Origin: Octopus vulgaris
Lineage: Eukaryota
Direction of reading: 5' to 3'
DNA: 64,000 bases
NCBI GenBank assembly: GCA_951406725.2
Contig: OX597831.1
Location: 66,216,001-66,280,000 of the forward strand
The notes under the pieces were generated by a model. The model worked only from the letters and a program-made list of their open reading frames with translations. It was not told where the DNA came from and did not search any database. The first letter of the stretch is position 1; each line of letters opens with the position of its first letter. Made by a program: the position numbers and the translations under genes. Below, piece after piece: positions 62,505-64,000 of this stretch.

Positions 62505-63021
62505 TCTTTATATATAAAAGAGAGGTTGTGTGTCTGTCTCCTACGATTTAGATTCCTAACTACTCCCACATTTTGCGGTGCAGTTTAACCAAAACCGGGT
62601 ATCTTATAGACGTGATTCATATTGAGCCCTTCTGGGTATTAGCACGCGTCTACGATGAGTCTACGATTTTAAAAAAATTTACCATCATTTTTTTCCATTT
62701 TAATGCATTTTTTTCGCTATTATATAAAGGAAGTAACTCTCTAAAAATGTCTACGATGAGTCAACGATTTAAAAAAAAATTTACCATCATTTTTTTCCAT
62801 TTTAATGCATTTTTTCGCTATTATATAAGGGAAGTAACTCTCTAAAACTCTCTAACTCTCTAAAAATGTCTACGATGAGTCAACGATGTTTTAAAAAATT
62901 TACCATCATTATTTTCCCATTTTTAATGCATTTTTTTGCTATTTTTTGGCTATAACTCTCTAAAAATGTTTATATAGTTATTTCCCTTACAAACCCGAGC
63001 AACGCCGGGCGATACTGCTAG
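62505..63021 (+). mobile_element. Non-autonomous Helitron with three internal repeats of about 100 bp
   Basis: 5' TC, 3' hairpin cccgagcaacgccggg then CTAG, inserted between A and T. A similar Helitron 3' end lies at about 19865-19894. Confidence 0.85.
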
Positions 63022-63089
63022 TTAACAATAATTATTAATCAGTGTTGAACTGAAGACAAAATAAATTTCACTATCTGAATAATTTACAG

Positions 63090-63254
63090 GAGAGAAATCT
63101 GCTGAAAACCTTCCAAATTCCTGCCCAAACAGTTGTAACCTACTTGATGCATCTAGAAGACCATTACCACCGTGATGTTCCTTACCATAATGCTATGCAT
63201 GCAGCTGACGTTACACAATCAACTCATGTTTTACTGTCAGTATCGGCTTTGGAG
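63090..63254 (+). CDS. PDE4: PDE4 exon, catalytic domain ([11 protein letters not shown]...[34 protein letters not shown])
   Basis: Class I PDE YHN..HAADV metal-binding motif; acceptor ttacag, donor GAG|gtaaat; 165 nt, phase 0. Confidence 0.97.
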
Positions 63255-64000
63255 GTAAATATATTTTTATAAATAATTCATGTTTTGGATGAATAGTTAA
63301 CTTGTTAGGTTACCTCAACTAATGTATAATTTTGTCATCTAGTCAATTCTGCTGAAAATAAATATTCCTGGCTTATAATTACCTGGCATTTAAAAATGGA
63401 TTGAGCAATCAAATAATATGTTCAGATAATTCATGAAAATACAATATGAAACATTTATAAAAATAAATTAAAAAATAAAAATTATTATCAAAACTAAAAC
63501 CTACCTTTTTTTTCTGGTTTAGATTTTAATCTTTTTACAATTTCTATTGTTCTCTCTCCTTTATTCCCTTTTTGTCATCATCATAATTAACTACAATGGA
63601 CTAAGGTCAACTTTATCTATCACACTTTTGGATCAAATAAAGTACCAGTCAAGTACTCAGATCTATGTATTCAACTAACTTCCTCCCATAATAGTTACTA
63701 GTCTTGTGCCTAAAATAGAAACTATCTTTATTACTATTGTTGCTGTCATAATCATCATCAGCATTATGCAGTTGTAGAGTGGCAGAATTGATACAATCCT
63801 GGAGTATTGCAGTATTTATGAGGTGGTATCAAAAAGTTCCTGGAATAGTTATATTTAAAAAGAATAAGGGCATCCTGGTGTTAGGAAGGGCATCCAGCTG
63901 TTGAAACACTGCCAGATCAGACTGGAGCCTGGTGCAGCCTTCTGGCTTCCCAGATCCCAGTTGAACCGTCCAACCCATGGAGAATGAACGTTAAATGATG

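Overview
AT-rich, repeat-dense eukaryotic DNA whose SINE, LINE and microsatellite content looks like a coleoid cephalopod (Octopus) genome. The window lies inside one + strand gene, a cAMP-specific phosphodiesterase 4 (PDE4/dunce orthologue). Six phase-compatible GT-AG exons (15195-15289, 22155-22267, 26179-26272, 60633-60832, 62275-62373, 63090-63254) encode LR1, UCR2, LR2 and the start of the catalytic domain. UCR1 and the rest of the catalytic domain lie outside the window. The introns contain tRNA-derived, Nin-domain and RTE-tail SINEs, R4/Dong, RTE, CR1 and Tx1 LINE fragments, mariner, hAT, piggyBac-MITE and Helitron relics, and a TTAGGG-containing MITE. Three observations stand out. (i) Several fold-back Penelope-like elements carry type I hammerhead ribozyme motifs, including a tandem/inverted triplet with a natural G3:C8 core swap. 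(ii) The 34-kb intron contains a candidate alternative first exon (46038-46101) and a 6-nt microexon (46685-46690) that would give a PDE4 lacking both UCRs; an inverted SINE pair brackets the microexon. (iii) Local palindromes and a duplication-inversion would form long intronic dsRNA. All calls were made by eye, with no database search or folding computation.
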